64,000 nt of DNA from Flavobacteriales bacterium (GTDB taxonomy: Bacteria; Bacteroidota; Bacteroidia; Flavobacteriales_F; PHOS-HE28). The translations under genes were made by a program, and so were the position numbers. The DNA lies in assembly GCA_016703105.1 (NCBI GenBank), contig JADJCS010000004.1, positions 487 through 64,486 on the forward strand, in the 5' to 3' direction. The notes beneath the pieces were generated by a model. The model did not search any database and was not told the DNA's origin. It saw only the letters and a list, made by a program, of their open reading frames with translations. Positions 62,558-64,000 of this stretch are shown here, one piece after another (positions within the stretch are counted from its first letter, which is position 1; each line of letters begins with the position of its first letter).

Positions 62558-62779
62558 AGGACGGGGGTTGGTGGGTCAATAATGCCCTGGTGATCCCATG
62601 CCGAGTATGAGAACGGGCACCTTTCGTGCAGTAGCTGTGAGGACCAGTGCCAATGCCGAGGTGCTCTCTCCGCACAACGGGGAACTCCTTGCACAACCGT
62701 ACAGCTCACTTCCCAATGGGCGCGGCATTCTGGAACAAGGCACGCTTTCGTCTTAGCGGAAGTACACGATCAGAGGAAC

Positions 62780-63148
62780 ATGAACCACGCGGACAACCAG
62801 TACGCCACCTTGAGCGGAGCGGTGGAAGACCTGAAGAAGAAGGGCTATACCGATGAACTGACGCTCACCGAGGAGGGGCTCTTCAACAATGCGCATCCCC
62901 TGGAGCCTTCCCAATTCACCATCGAATCCTTCCACCGCTTCGAGGGACCCAGCGACCCGGCCGACATGAGCATCGTTTACGCCATTCGCTCGGAGCGATC
63001 CGGTTTGAAGGGTTTGCTCGTAGGCGGCTACGGGGCGAAGGCCAGTGGCTTCATCGATAAGATGGTGAAGCACTTGCCAGCCCATGGGCACGAAGGCAGG
63101 GTCCAACCCGTTCAACCGGTTCAGGCGGGGGAGAACCTTAAAGTTTGA
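62780..63148 (+). CDS. Hypothetical protein.
   Basis: 122-aa ORF. Confidence 0.45.
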   Translation: MNHADNQYATLSGAVEDLKKKGYTDELTLTEEGLFNNAHPLEPSQFTIESFHRFEGPSDPADMSIVYAIRSERSGLKGLLVGGYGAKASGFIDKMVKHLPAHGHEGRVQPVQPVQAGENLKV

Positions 63149-63152
63149 TCCC

Positions 63153-63962
63153 ATGCGCCCGCTCTGGAAAGGCACCATTGGCTTCGGTCTGGTTTCCATC
63201 CCTGTGCGCTTGTTCAGCGCTACGCAGGAGAGCGAGCTCGATCTGGACATGCTCGATAGAAAGGACAAAGCCAGGATCCGTTTCCAACGAGTGAACGAGG
63301 ACACCGGCAAGGAGGTGCCCTACGAACGCATCGTGCGCGCCTTCGACCTGGAAGGCAAATACATCGTACTGGACGATGATGACCTGAAGAGCGCCTCCGC
63401 GGAAAAGAGCGAGGTGATCACCATCCATGACTTCGTGCAAGAGGAAGAGGTGGAGGGCAAATACTTCGAAAAACCCTACTACCTCGAACCCGATAAGGGT
63501 GGTGCACGGGCATACGCCTTGTTGCGCGAAGCCTTGCGCAAGAGCGGCAAAGTGGGCATCGCGAGCTTCGTGATGCGCACAAAGGAGCACCCGGCGGTGC
63601 TACAGCCGGATGGACCCGTGTTGATCCTTAACCAGCTACGCTACGCGGAAGAAGTCCGCCCCATAGAGGAGCTGAAGTTGCCTAAAGTGGAGAAAGTCGA
63701 ACCCGCTGAACTGAAGCTCGCCATGCAGTTGATCGATCAAGGCGCGGGCACCTTCGACATCAAACGCTACAAGGACGAGTACACCGCCGCGCTCATGAAA
63801 ATGATCAAGGCGAAAGCCAAGAGCGGCAAGGGCGCGAAGGTGGTCCCGATGAAGGTGGTCCACAAGAAACCCCAGGAAGACTTGATGGCCGTGCTGAAAG
63901 CAAGCCTCGGTTCGAAACGTCGTCCCGATGCATCGGCGACCAAACGGCGCAAGGCCTCGTAA
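63153..63962 (+). CDS. ku: Ku-type NHEJ DNA-end-binding protein.
   Basis: MRPLWKGTIGFGLVSIPVRLFSAT. Lys-rich C-terminal tail. Confidence 0.85.
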   Translation: MRPLWKGTIGFGLVSIPVRLFSATQESELDLDMLDRKDKARIRFQRVNEDTGKEVPYERIVRAFDLEGKYIVLDDDDLKSASAEKSEVITIHDFVQEEEVEGKYFEKPYYLEPDKGGARAYALLREALRKSGKVGIASFVMRTKEHPAVLQPDGPVLILNQLRYAEEVRPIEELKLPKVEKVEPAELKLAMQLIDQGAGTFDIKRYKDEYTAALMKMIKAKAKSGKGAKVVPMKVVHKKPQEDLMAVLKASLGSKRRPDASATKRRKAS

Positions 63963-64000
63963 GCCATGGGCTTGGAGAAGTATCGCGCCAAGCGTGATCT

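Noticed and set aside
1-64000. CRISPR arrays, rRNA, integrase or transposase genes
   Set aside because: None were found. The only repeats are the coding tandem repeat, the about 150-bp inverted-repeat element and the two low-complexity tracts.

Overview
This is a high-GC window (about 65% GC by eye) that looks like a Bacteroidota or Rhodothermota-type genome. It carries several T9SS C-terminal sorting domains, two GEVED domains, delta-60 repeats and an M43 cytophagalysin-like protease. Gene content is dominated by stress and envelope functions (large catalase HPII, Ku, CsbD, YtxH, DksA/TraR, several SDR and flavin reductases, a P-type ATPase, an MgtC-like protein, two AI-2E transporters), by secreted proteins, and by three paralogous PAS hybrid histidine kinases. 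One of these is a 2100-aa CheB-CheR-PAS(x8)-HK-REC fusion preceded by a MEDS-domain protein and a 49-aa HTH ORF. The most system-like unit is an operon of an unknown 141-aa protein translationally coupled to a double-domain KaiC, followed 14 nt later by a PAS hybrid kinase (39.0-43.0 kb). No KaiA or KaiB is present. A second candidate is a GH130 / GT4-glycosidase-fusion / permease operon (24.0-28.7 kb). Many genes carry single-base frame breaks at short homopolymers, and three in-frame TAG codons occur within 3 kb (TAG is a genuine stop elsewhere). There are also two odd low-complexity tracts, a poly-G/C tract and a purine-only tract. Together these suggest either an error-prone assembly or real gene decay, and I cannot separate the two from sequence alone. 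I found no rRNA, tRNA or CRISPR.
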